Part shown: piece after piece, positions 11,638-24,359 of the stretch
Layout of the letters: every line of letters starts with the position of its first letter
Position numbering within the stretch: the stretch's first letter is position 1
Source: Antedon mediterranea
Taxonomy: Eukaryota; Animalia; Echinodermata
Direction: 5' to 3'
Assembly: GCF_964355755.1 (NCBI RefSeq)
Contig: NC_092671.1
Location: forward strand, 23,262,070 to 23,326,069
Length of the DNA stretch: 64,000 bases
The notes under the pieces: model-generated
What the model was told of the DNA's origin: nothing
The model's input: the letters and a program-made list of their open reading frames with translations, nothing else
The model's database searches: none
Translations under genes and position numbers: made by a program

Positions 11638-14600
11638 TAAGAATACATTTAACAAAACAGTATAAATTATACAAAATCAAGCAAACAATTTTTTGTTAAA
11701 GTTACATAATAATATTATATTGCTTACAAAGGGGCTTTCTATATCTTATCTTGTTGCAAATGTTCATTTTCGCGACGTTTCTACCGATGCTGATTGTTTA
11801 TTGCACGTCCATAAATAAGAGTATTATATTTTGATATGAGTTGTAAACTCCCTGATTAGAACATGATTAGGCTAAAATTATAGTAGTAAATACATACAAA
11901 TGTTATTGTCCGGCTTTATTTCACTATAAGGACATACACATTACGTAATAACTCTTGTCGCTCATTGGTTGCTTGTTACGATTGCGCTTACGTCTCTTGC
12001 GAAAGTTGACTTCAAGTCAACTTTCGTAAGAGACGTAAGAAACGTGACGCAAGGGCGTTCATTCAAGCGTAAGATAAAAAATCCCGGTTTCCTGTAAAAT
12101 CGGAAGAAAACGTCGTATCGCAACAATTGTTAGGTCATCGGTTTCCTGTAAAATCGTTTGTCGTTACCATTTTTCTTACGTTGCGTCGATTTTATAAATT
12201 TTCGATCGTAATCGGTTTCCTGTAAAATCCGCATTTCTTACAACAAATCGACGTAGTCGCAACAAAAGTGATGTTCTTACGTCGACAGGAAACCAGCCTT
12301 AAACAACAAAAGCCGATCACTCTTGGCAGCCCATCATTCCCGCCGCAGTGCCATTATAGTACGATGTTGATAGGTGGAGTATTGAGTCGTTTTTATGATT
12401 GATACTCCACTGCCCACGTTTTTATACTAAAACTACTGTCAAAACTTAACCAAGAAAATGAATTTCTACTGCTACCACAGTTCAATTTCTACTGTTATAA
12501 CATTTTTTTGTAATGCTTTTGTATACAGTCTTTAATAATCCTAATTAATAAATTATCTACGCGTCGATCGTAGGGTGGTGCGTAGGGTTAGTAAACACCA
12601 TTGTTATCGCCTTTAGAAGCATGGACATTGCAAACAAACAATGTTTTGTTCGCTATTTAAAATCCTATCTAAAGCTAGAAGACGTCAATTTTTGTAGCCG
12701 CCCTATGCTGTTAGGTTAACCTAATTTGGCCGGTCATCCGCAGACGAGACGACATCGGACCCGTTGGGAAAGGGGCCTTTAGCTCACGCAGAGAGGTTGG
12801 GTTAGCGAATTATAACAAAAAAAAAGACATCTAGGCTAGGACACCAACAAAATATATGCAAAATAATATATTCCATGTTAAGATTTAAGATAGGCTTTTT
12901 AAATAATCATTACATGCGTAAAGAAAATGCCCGACTGGAATTTGGATGGAGGGAAGAAAACATGTGACTCTGAGAGGTTTCCGTAAACAGCAAAGAGTAT
13001 CGTGTTTCATGCCATGTGACCAAAAAAAAAACTAGGTCTGTACTTTTAATTACGGTCTTCTGTCGGCAGTCTTTTTGAGCGACCGATTGAACGTTCTGAT
13101 ACTAGATACTGGACAATATTATTTTTATTTTTCACGCCGCCATTTTTAACATCTTTTTTTTGCCGACGTACTTTTGTTTAAGGGCTGCGTAAAGCCTAAC
13201 ATTTTTCTTGTGCAATGGAAAACTGCGCGTGCGAATACGTGAAATGTTTGATTCACACGACTAAATTCGCCTAGTGGAAAACAGGCTTTAAGAATTTCGT
13301 TTTCAATGCGAACGTCTACGAAAACTGCATTAAACGTGGCGCTTAATGTGTATAGGCTACTTCAGTTTTGTTAAGAAAAATATTTATTTTATTTTTGGAT
13401 TTAGGGTGGGGAGGACTATAACTTCTTTATATTTATCGTGACGATTTTTCAATCATAAAATAAAACGGGACACAATGAATTATAACTAGAGGCCTAATGT
13501 ATTTTAAAAATATTCCATACCGAACGATTTATTCAAATAAAGAACATTTTTTATTAATTATTTTTCCCAAACGAACTAAAGACAAGATGACAAACCACCA
13601 ATTGAAATTAAACAAAACTTTTATTAAACATTTTTAGTATCTATAATAATATATAATTATTTTTGTTTTCTTTCGATTATTATTATTATTATTATAGTAT
13701 GTTAAACTAAATGATCAGAGCATGATCCTATAGAAATAAATGTTGTTATTTTGCAAAGCATTGTTTTGTTGAAGCTTTTGTTATTTATTGATCCATGAAT
13801 AATATGTGGTGGTTAAAATAGGAATTCGTAAAATAGTACAGCTTTTACATTCAGGAAATAAAACTAAAACGCATAGCATCATAATATACAAAAAAATTAA
13901 CCGATGTTTTTTTCACTTTTAAACAATGATTGTACCATCATTGTACTGTTGTACATATTCCTATACAAAAATGAGTAAAGAAAATTATTAACAGAAACTT
14001 GACGATGAACTTACTCTATAATAATACCAATAAAGAATCAAAGGTAATAATACTCTCTTAAATTCATCGATTGGAAATTTCGATCGTATTTACGTTTGAT
14101 GATTAAAACCAAACTTTTTAGACTGAATATGGTGTTCATGAACGTAAAATACGCTCCAGTTGAAAATAAAGTTTCAACTGATAGAAAGTTTGATTACAAC
14201 ATCCAATCAGCGCCTAATATATTGTGACGTGAAAGCGCGCGGACAAAAGTTTGTCTTGTTTCCCCGCCTCGCTTCCCGTCCGGCCGCCCGCCTATGATCT
14301 TCAGAGTCAGTGTATTCGATCGTATTTTAGATTCTTTGTCGACAATTTACGAGCTACCGTATTCGTAACATATACCAATTGAATCAATATCTATTTTAGA
14401 AGGTTGGTAATCATTTATTTTAAATTGAATCTAAGGCATACGCTACATTGAGGCCTACATTCACACCACCACCACCGCGCACATTTTCTGGCCACAGCAC
14501 AGATCTATCTAGCCTAGTTAGTAGTCTAGTTGACGTGACAGCAGCGAGTGTTGTGTACGGCTCGAGTTTATTTTGGCCGGTTACCGAGTTACAGTAGGCT

Positions 14601-16134
14601 ATAGGCCTAGCTAGTGAGTAGCCTAGGTTAGATTTACTAAATCAAATGTGTTATGCCTTGAATATTATTCTATCTAGGCCTAGCCTAGTTGAATAGGCAC
14701 ATTGTATAAACATTTTTAATGAATACTAAGAAAACGTTGTAATTGTTGATGACGTTCTACCCTACCTAATAATAGACATCCCCTAGGCCTAGACCTAGTA
14801 GGCTAGCAGTACTAGGCTAGTAGGCTAGGCCTAACTAGTAGGTCTAGCTGGAGAAGAGCTAGGCCTAATAAATAGGCCTAGTCTAGGCTAGTTACTAAGC
14901 CTAGGCCCTACTTTAATACTATTTCCTAGACTAGGCCCCTAGGCCTAGAGCCTCTAGTAGTAGGCCTAGGGCCTAGCCGTCCTACGAATAAATTATGATA
15001 TAATTAATAATTATAATATTAATAAATAATGACGATAGGCTATACTGTACAGTACTATAAAATTTAGTAGAAACATATTATTTCTATCTATTGCACAGGA
15101 AAAATGCTTGACTACATGTCAATGATGTTTCGGGCTGCAATAATTCACAATAACAACATGGGATGGACATCTTGAACGATTTATATTTATTTTTTTATAG
15201 TAAGTAATAATAATATGTTGTATATCTGTATTTAAATCACTGTCTTTATACATGTCAATTGTGTATATTCGTGTTTTCGCGCCGCGGCTCTAGCCAGCTA
15301 TGTCCCAGGAGGACACATTCATTAATAAGCTGTTTCATAGCGGTAGCTTTAGTATCTAAGACTGACAGTTTTGTGAATTTGGAAACTCGACTATAATTTA
15401 TAGGTAGCTGCTGGACCCAAAAAACGTCTGGGAGAAGAGAGTCTATATGAAAGCCTTTGCTGATAATACAGTATTATTGAGATGTAGACGGAAATCTGTA
15501 AAACCAGGCCGGTATTATAATAAGTCACTGTCAAATAATCATTCGATAATGGTCAAAACTTTATTTTGGCTCTGTCAACATAAAGGGAGGTATTTACAAT
15601 GACTTTCTTTTGACTGTCAATCTAGGCCAATGTTATAATAATACGCCGTCAGATATTAAATCATTGAAACAGTCCTGGTACATTTTTTTTTGGGTTATCA
15701 GATGCCGTGGGGGGGGGGGGGGGGGTCCAATCAATTATCGTCAGAAGGTGAACAATCAGTCTAGGTAGCAGCAGCAGATTATTATTAACGCCTGCTCCAT
15801 TAATTAATCCAGAAAAAGGTTTGTATATTATCTATTTGTTTATTAGCCTTCTCCTAACACAATTATATTTTCTTTAAAAAAAGGTTATATAAGTGGTTTC
15901 AACATTTATGATAGTAATGTCACAGTTCTGTGTCTGGACGCAAGTTCATAGACCTCTAGTTATATTATTCATATTAACTGATACTTACTCTTCATTTACC
16001 GTAAAGTTCAGTTTTAATGAAATATATAATATAAATTGGCTTCGTAACAATTAATTAGTGTTGAAAAGGTTAGTTTTTTGGTGATAGGTGAAAATGACAT
16101 GTAACCTCGTAATCAATTTATTTTTTTTGTATAA

Positions 16135-16495
16135 AGGCCCAATTACACTATGACGATAACGACGGACGATAAATATATAGCATGCATTTTTTTTACATAA
16201 ACCAAAAGAAATTAGAAAGGTTTTCGTTCTAGACCTATAGGATAATCATTTATGCTGTCTTTGATAAAAATAATGTTTTTCAAATTCCAATCAAATGACG
16301 TCATGATAAATAAAAACAATAAAATCGCTGTATTGTCACGATATTATTGGTCTTACTAATCATGACGTCATTTGATTGGACGTGTGAAAATATAATTGTC
16401 ATCAAAGGAATTGTTTATATTTCTTTTGTTTTATGTATTAAAAATGCACATTTGTCTATTTATCGTCGATCGTTATCGTCCTAGTGTATGGGCCT
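16135..16495. mobile_element. Harbinger-like fold-back MITE
   Basis: TIR AGGCCCA..TACACTA(T/G)GACGATAACGA; internal inverted CCAATCAAATGACGTCATGAT; flanks TAA/TAT. Confidence 0.7.
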
Positions 16496-16804
16496 TATGC
16501 TGTAAATGTTCAATTAATTGATCATTCCGATTTTATTAGTTGGACTCTTGCACAGTTGCTGTCTAATCGTTATTGTGTAATATCATTTCGAACCATATTA
16601 AAATCATAAAGAGATTCATATTCCTTAACATGTGGCTGTGCATGGAAGTCCGGTCTACAAAAACTCGGGCCCGGGATCATTGTTATTGGGCCTGAAAGTG
16701 TTGGTGAATTCATAATTATACTTAATATTATATTTATATATATATATATAATTATATTATTATACAATTGAAAGCAAAACCCGTTGAATCTCAAATCATT
16801 AGGA

Positions 16805-17262
16805 CTAGAAATTTGGCTTATCAATCAAATAAATACTTTCGTTCAAAATGAAACTCCAACCTCTCTAATCAAAAGATTGAACTCGAAAACGGACCGTTTT
16901 TTGAATTGGGTATGTTGAAACATTTCAATATTCATTTAAAAAAGTACATTAATTATGGTATTGATCAGTGGCTATAGAGGCGTAAAAACCCTCGGTCAAT
17001 ATCATGTAAAATGCACTGTGGAAGGGTCATTATTATTAAACTGGAAAATTTGGCTTATCAACAAATAAATACTTTCGTTTAAAATGTAAAATAAGACTGC
17101 AAAATTGGGCTTATCAACAAATAAATACTTTCGTTCAAAATGTAAAATAAGACTGTACAATTGGTCTTATCAACAAATAAAATACTTTGTTTTCAAAATG
17201 TAAAATTAAAACTGGAAAATTGGGCTTATAAACAAATAAATACTTTTTTTCAAAATGTAAGA
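16805..17262. repeat. Degenerate ~58-60 bp tandem repeat
   Basis: TTGGCTTATCAACAAATAAATACTTTCGTTCAAAATG occurs 4 times in tandem from about 17045, plus one copy at about 16810. Confidence 0.7.
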
Positions 17263-17287
17263 AAACATTTTTTTAATATAATCCTTA

Positions 17288-17441
17288 AGCTCTGTCTATA
17301 CTATCAAACAAAATATGATGTGCCCATATTATATAGACATGACGATGTCATATCACTACGATATTCGGGCATATCACTACCATATTTGGGCACATCACAC
17401 TTTTTTTGTTAAACTAATTTGGACAGTGTAGACACAGAACT
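17288..17441. mobile_element. Short Harbinger-like MITE
   Basis: Starts TTA|AGCTCTGTCTATACTATCAAAC and ends ...AGTGTAGACACAGAACT; internal inverted TGATGTGCCCA/TGGGCACATCA. Confidence 0.6.
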
Positions 17442-17749
17442 ATGTGATCGAAACATAAGTCGGAATTGGACTGACGTGATTGATTTAATTGGGTATTTTT
17501 ATTAATGTAATGATTCATTAAAAACTATAATACCGATACGCGTTTGGTATTGATCAATGGTGCAAAAAACCCTGAGAAATAATGTTATAACGTGATTTGG
17601 TGATAGCTTAGCAATAATACAACCCATATACTATTATTATAAATACCTATATTACAAATCCATTCATATAACTTTTCATCGCGAACCGAAAATGTATAAA
17701 TGTTATTCTACAGACAGTAATTATATATTCAAAAGCCATATTATTATTA

Positions 17750-18541
17750 CCGTAGTTCCCCGGGTATAATCCCACCCCCCTTGTACGTGAAATTTGCCCG
17801 AATTTGGGAGGTGGGACTATACCCGGGGATTTCCCGGTGCATGAACTGAAAATGACAATATTTCTTCTGGCTACGATTTAGGCTATCTAAAGCTATATTC
17901 CGATGTAGGCCTAGACATTAGACTGCCAGGTCATCTAGGCCTAGGCGGCCTAATTGGTCTATGCCTACTGTATAGATTTTCTCCCAGATTTCTACTTAAA
18001 AAATACCCTAAAATGTGATCTGGGCCTGGCTTCCTAAATAATATCGACATAACTCATATAAGTTCTCCGTCTCTCCCGATTCCCCACGCTCGAGCTCTGT
18101 GCAAATCGCATTTTGTTGCATGCGACACGAACTACAGTACTGCTCCGGTCGGTATAGAGGGCGGTGTTTTTTTTATGGTAATCAAGCATGCAGTAGTGTA
18201 AACAAGGCATGCAGAATGTACACGGCGAGCGAGTGTGCGGCGAATGCATGATGTGCAGAACGCGAAGATCGGGGCGATGATATTAAGGTTGTATTCAATT
18301 TTACGACGGCCAATGTTTGATGAGTTTTAAGTCAGCCGAATTCAGAGAAATTACTCTATTTTTTGGTGAGAATTTCTTTAAAAAAAATCGACGTCGGCCT
18401 AGCTAGCTAGGCCTACCTCTTCTGTCCAAATGATAAATTATACACTGGGACTTTGCCCGGGGATATGCTTGCGTGCGAAGGTAATCGTAAAGTCGGGGGT
18501 GGGATTATACTCGAGGTGGGATTATACCCGAGGAAATACGG
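17750..18541. mobile_element. Tc2/pogo-like MITE
   Basis: TA TSD; 27-bp TIR CCGTA(G/T)TTCC(C/T)CGGGTATAATCCCACC with 2 mismatches. Confidence 0.85.
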
Positions 18542-19378
18542 TATTATCAATACCTAAATGCGATAGTAATAACCACATAAACATACATTATTCCCAATAC
18601 AAGTTTGTGCGTTTAATTCTAGAAAGAAACGACTGTGCTGACAGGCCAATGACATAAATCACAAGTAAAGTCCCAATTGTTCACTTGCGTTTTGATTGGC
18701 CGACCTATTATATTAGATTAATGAAGACTGTTCTTACAACTGTCCAGTCAAAAGGTTACGCGGCGTTTTTTGTAAGAAATATTTCTTGTTTAAGCTTTAA
18801 AACTGAACAGGGACTGGATTAAAAAATATTTCCAACCTAGAAGAAACTACTCGACATACCGACCTGATGCTAGAAAAAGATTGCCTAATTATTGGTGGCT
18901 TGACTGAATCTGAACTATCCTATTATTTTTACTATTTGTGTTATTATTATTAATGTTTTATAATTTATTTTGTGCACTAGGCCTAGTGGTCTTGTTATGC
19001 TGATTTATATGAGGCATACTATATGTCTCAATCTTACAGAGCATGGACCAAATCAGAAGCTGTGAATTTGTTCATTCAACATATCCATGTAAGCATATTA
19101 ATTAATAGTACAGTTTTTATTTTCATTTTAAAAATTACGAATGTCAAAATTTACTTGATTAGAGAAAAGAGTTTTATATGATACTCTCGGGGATAGGCCT
19201 ACTCTTTTCTGATTGAATAGCAAAACTATTCACCGTTGCTTTTTAAGACCATATTGAAAATAAAAAATTATCAATGATAAAGATAGTACAGTACTGCTAG
19301 GCCTACTAAAGATGCATACATTTATGAAATATGTTATGATAAATAACAGTTTGTTATGCTTTTTGTTATTCTTACAGG

Positions 19379-19640
19379 ATGCAACAGATGTTAGAAAAGA
19401 GTATTCCGGACAAAAATTTGCAATACCGACAGCCATATTTATTGTCAATATGACGGTCATCATAACTCAACATATACTTTCATTCAGACACATTATAGAA
19501 GCCATGGTTGGGCTTTTATTTAGGCTGCACTATATTTTCCTGGATGATATTTGTGGACTTTGTAGATGCCCTCCCAAGAATTAGGCTATATCACCCAGGC
19601 ATATGAAATAGTTTTTGAATTTATAATTATAATACTGAAA
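19379..19640 (+). pseudogene. Degenerate terminal exon resembling SAMD3-like accessory ORFs of animal EnSpm elements
   Basis: ttcttacAG acceptor. Peptides EAMVGLLFRLHYIF and (frameshifted) GYITQAYEIVFEFI resemble the LLFGLxYxLxLxYP...FEFI motif. An upstream mini-exon lies at about 19040-19088. Confidence 0.35.
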
Positions 19641-22600
19641 GACAAAGACTACAGCAGTGTCTTGACTATTGTAATATACTGTTATTTGTTATGTTCAATA
19701 AAATCAAAATGGAATATATATAAGAAACATATCTTTTTTAAGCATCGTATTTAAACAAAAAGTCAATCGATTTTGGTTGAAAAAATTATTTTTCCAATCA
19801 TCTTAGTTTGAAATTTTTCAATCTTTGAATCGATTGAAACATTCTCAATCGTTATTTCAATCAATCCGATTTGTCCCTACTCACAGTCGGCCAAAAGTTG
19901 AAAAATCAACCGTATCGATTGAATATTCAGTCGACCAATTTAAGAGAGTAATCAGCGTGATTTGATCAGGGAGATTTTACATCTCCCTGATTTGAAATAC
20001 AGAAGGCATGATACAAAAACAGAGCAACATTTTTTAACTGTATTATATAAACCGTATTTTCCCAACCACATTTGTGGATTAAATACAGTATTCATAAATT
20101 TATACTGTATTTTGAGTACCCTTTTCTGCGCCAATAAAAAAAGACCGTTATTTTAATTTGCTGAGTTAAAATGTTGAACATTTAATTTTCACAATGTAAT
20201 AATACTTAATAGTGCACAGGAAGAGACTGTTTATGTAGTTAATTTATGCAAGCATCCACATATTGTTCATTTGGCTAGTAGTCTTTTGTGTCTATTGTCC
20301 TTCTATTCTGCATTATGCTGATTAATTCATTTCTTTGGTTAAGTGAAATGTCAACTTACTATTTTTTTGTAGACATAGGTTGCATCGTTTAATAATATTA
20401 TAATTGTTATTTTTTGTAAAAAAAATATTGTCCCCTTATAGAATCACAAAAAAAATGGTTTTTTTTGCGATGACGTCATTATACGTTTCACATTCATTTA
20501 CGCGAATCTCGCGATGTCAGTGTGCTAGACCATTATCTTTCCGGAAGATAACGTCATCACGTCAAAAAATTTGAATGATGTGGGTCACCTATTTTTATCT
20601 TTGCAGTATTTTATCAATCAATCAATTTTAATCTGTTATAGCTCCTCCGAATAAAAAGTGATACCCATGAATGTGTATACTGTACAATGACCCAAAATAT
20701 ACAGAATTCACCATATAACAACAAAATATTATATTATTCTATAATAATTCTAATAATAATTTTCTGTGCGCAATATTCTAAAGTAATGACTTGCAAGCAA
20801 GTGGATTTTGCTGTGCAGATAACTAAACTCGTCAAAGTAGGCCTAACGAGTTCAAGTCTAGTTTAATTCGTTTATTTATTTTAAATTGTAATATTATTTT
20901 AACTAGTTGGATGGCGATCAGTTGATAAGTAATTTTTTTTTTTAGGGCCAACGTGGCCAATAAGCTTAAGAATGTCTTTTTAAGGGGTCAAAAAGCTTGC
21001 TGAATGCTGCTGGCCTACACCTACCATGTTGTTCGTTTAGGCGACCCACCTAGGCGTATTAAATTAGTCAACAAAGCAAAGACAGTAGCCTACTATTATT
21101 TTATTCGAATATGCTTTGTTTTATTTATCTTTTAAGAACAATGGTATTTGCGTGTGGCTTTTGCTTCGGAACTGAATATAGTACGTCCATGAGTTGGGAG
21201 GTCTAAGTTACAAAAGTTATTTGAAATTACGGATTACATCTCGGGTCCTCCGTGCGTGGAGTATGTTTTAGTTACCATATGAAGGAATATATATATATTT
21301 ATTGTAAATATTGTATTTATTTTGACCACTTTGACCCTGGGAAAATAAACGGGGAACATTGGTGGATTTTAGTTTTTTCAATTGTTTTTATTATGAATAG
21401 CCTATATAGCATAGACCTACCAGTAACATTTCAAGTTTATTGTTTATTAGGCCTATTACTATTCTAGCTTTGTTCTCAAAAAAATATAATAACTACGAAA
21501 CACCCTACTTATCAAACTCTCATAATGGTCATAACTGAAAAACAACTTCAGTATAGTATAGTATAATTAAATAAATCTTGTATAAATCTGATTTTCATAA
21601 ACAGCAGAGCACATGTACACAATATGCATAGGGTGGAAGAACATTTAGAGAAAGAGCCTGTTATTGCTAGGTATGCGCGTAAAACAAAACAGTCCTTTGT
21701 ATCCACGGCAGAGCACGTGTACACAATATGCATAGGGTGGAAGAACATTTAAGGAAACGGTCCTCTGCCGATCCTTTGGATCGTTGGAGCACATGGCCAA
21801 AACAATGTCGTTTCTTAATATGTGCACAACCATGTGACATTGACTGAATTGATGATATAAATTAATCCCGAAATTAATGAAGTATTTTATGATGATAATC
21901 ATAAAATAAGGACACACTTAACATATAAACAATGCATACATTTCAAAGAACTAAAATACTGAATCTTCCTAAACATTCAAATCAAGCTATTTAGTATTAT
22001 ATTCGGCTATACAAAAAAACCCGTATACGGTACAGTATAGGCTAAATGAAGCCTACGGGGTTTCCCCATTTATTTTATGTATGTATACGTACACGACAGT
22101 ATATGTATAGACCGGGGAATAGGTCTACATTATCAGCCGATTTCTTTGTTGTCATAGGACCTGACCCTAAAAACGCATTTTTATCGTTGTGTTCGACGCA
22201 AAATCGATTTCAAAATAGTATTACATTGAACCGCGATGTTCGCGTTAATCGCGTCTTTTTACCGACGTAATAGTAGGCGGTCCTAAGCTTTTAATATTTA
22301 ATGAGTACAATTAATGAGCTTGATTAAGACGTTTAACGCGTTAAACGGTCAAAGAAATCTGAACCGCGTTTCACGCATAATTATCGTTTTGAAACATTTT
22401 GACATGACGCCTTAAAACTTGTTATGGAACAAGTTTACGTAATTAACAGGTAAATTAATTTGATTACATTTCGTCTGGAAAATCGCCGCAAGAGAAAGTA
22501 AACAACGAATTCAAACCATGAGTATGCATAATATGCATGGTGCTAATTTACAACTCGTCACAAATTAGAAGGTGTTTTCACACAGATCGCGAGTAAGTTT

Positions 22601-22939
22601 TATGATTATACATACAGAGTAGCCAAACAAGCGCGTTGCATTATGAGATATGTTTTGATCGAAAACTTTGAATTATTTTTTAAACAAAAAACGTCTGTAT
22701 TTCAGTTACCGTATATTTCAGTGTACAAGTCGCACCTGTGTATAAGACGCACCTGTGTATAAGACGCACCCATAACGGAGACTGAAATATTAGTATTTTT
22801 TATGTAATCGATGTATAAGACGCACTTATATCTAGGCAGAAATTTAAACATTTTACAATCAAAACAATGGTATTTTAATAATAAAACAGTGCACAACACA
22901 CGATCTAGAAATACATCAGACACTGACGACTCTGGCATC

Positions 22940-24332
22940 GGAATTCACTGGCGAGATAAACGAGTTGCTGTAAAACCAACAATACATAAGAAAATATTGG
23001 CAATTGGGCAGGATATTATTCATGCAGCAACAAACGGGCGAGCCATAACAGTAAAGCAAGTATTATTTTAGATAAGGTCGTAAAACATGCTTCATCTTCT
23101 TCAACTGTTCATTGGGTATGCGACACCTATCCATCAGTATCTATCAAAAATGCGGAAAGAGATGAGAGAGTTAAATCAACTGAAGGCAGTTTTGCAACTA
23201 CAATAAGTAATTCCAGTCAAAGAGTGGACAAGCAATTAAAAAAGGCTCTACGTGATGGACAATTCAAAGAATCATTGACAACTTTTTTATTGGAAGAATG
23301 GCATCACAAGAGATATGCTTCAATACTTGGTCAAGTGACAGTTTATGCTACTTCCGGCTCAAAATGCTGTGTATTTCGGGCAGTTGATCTTCCAGTTCAA
23401 TGTAATGAGGTACCTGAATTAGAATATAACATGGAAGAAGCTGACCAACGTCTCATTCTCCATGCACACTACGCATCAAACCAAACACCTAAACCTGATG
23501 TCATATCAATTAAATCACCTGACACTGATGTTTTGGTTCTGGCAACAGCTGCATGTGGCCTTGAATGGATATCAACTAATTGTGTATTTGTTACTGGAGT
23601 GGGAGACAAAATCCGTTCGGTCAACATCACACGAATAGCAGAGAGCCTCGGAAAGTCTGTGTGCAAAGCATTAATAGGAGCTCATGTTTTCACGGGTTGT
23701 GACAGCACCTGTGCTTTCAAAGGAAAGCGAAAGTCATCTGTACTCTGGTTGATACAGAATAACAGTACATTCTGCAATGCAATGGCTTCTCTTGGTAAGA
23801 GCTTAACTGATGATTTGTTTACCATCTGCGAAACTGCAGTGTGCATTTTGTACAGTTTTAACTCCAGGACAAGAAAATTAAAACCAGTAACAACATCTAG
23901 TGTAAACACTATGAGAACAATCATGTTTACTTCAGGAACTTCCGATCCAGACAAACTACCACCATGCGAAAATGCTTTACGAAAGAAAATATTGCGAGCA
24001 AATTATCAATCGTATATAAATCGACATTGCATCGTAAAGACAGACATTCCATCACCACATGGCCATGGGTGGATTGTAACAGGTTCCAGCATTGACATTG
24101 ATTGGATGGATATACAACCAGCTCATCAGTTGTCTTATCAATGACTTGCTGTGGATGTAAAGGTGAATGTACAACCAATAGGTGTCGGTGTTATAAAAGC
24201 AATTTACACTGCACTGGAATATGTACCTGTTCTGAACTATGCATGAACATGCCCAAACTAGTCACAGAAAACGATGATGATGTTGAAACTGACGAAGATT
24301 TAGACTTATTGGAAGATAGTGATATGGATTGA
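22940..24332 (+). pseudogene. Academ protein remnant: XPG/FEN1-like nuclease domain plus C-terminal Cys-rich (Cys8/CXC) finger
   Basis: Motifs CDTYxxxSIKxxER, EEADQRLILHA, SPDTDV, HVFTGCDSTCAFKGK, LPPC..RANYQ, GHGW, and CGCKGECTTNRCRCYKSNLHCTGICTC after a frameshift at about 24124. An N-terminal scrap ILAIGQDIIHAATNGR is joined across a deletion. Confidence 0.8.
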
Positions 24333-24359
24333 GATGGTATGATCTGTAAACATTCATTT

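Larger units (their letters stand above)
8972..12299. mobile_element. Non-autonomous PIF/Harbinger element with nested repeats
   Basis: 26-bp TIR AGGCTGGTTTCCTGTCGACGTAAGAA, TAA TSD, subterminal CGAAAGTTGA and GGTTTCCTGTAAAAT repeats. Confidence 0.85.
14051..19950 (+). mobile_element. EnSpm/CACTA-like (CMC) degenerate element with internal promoter and spliced ORF remnants
   Basis: Imperfect long TIRs starting TACTCTCTTAAATT (14051) and ending AATTTAAGAGAGTA (19950), with similarity continuing about 90 bp. TSD unclear. Confidence 0.55.

Noticed and set aside
13265-13290. Harbinger-like right end paired with TAAAGCCTGTTTTC at ~43127
   Set aside because: The two sequences are in the wrong order to enclose an element, and the 43-kb match overlaps the Sola3 TIR edge.
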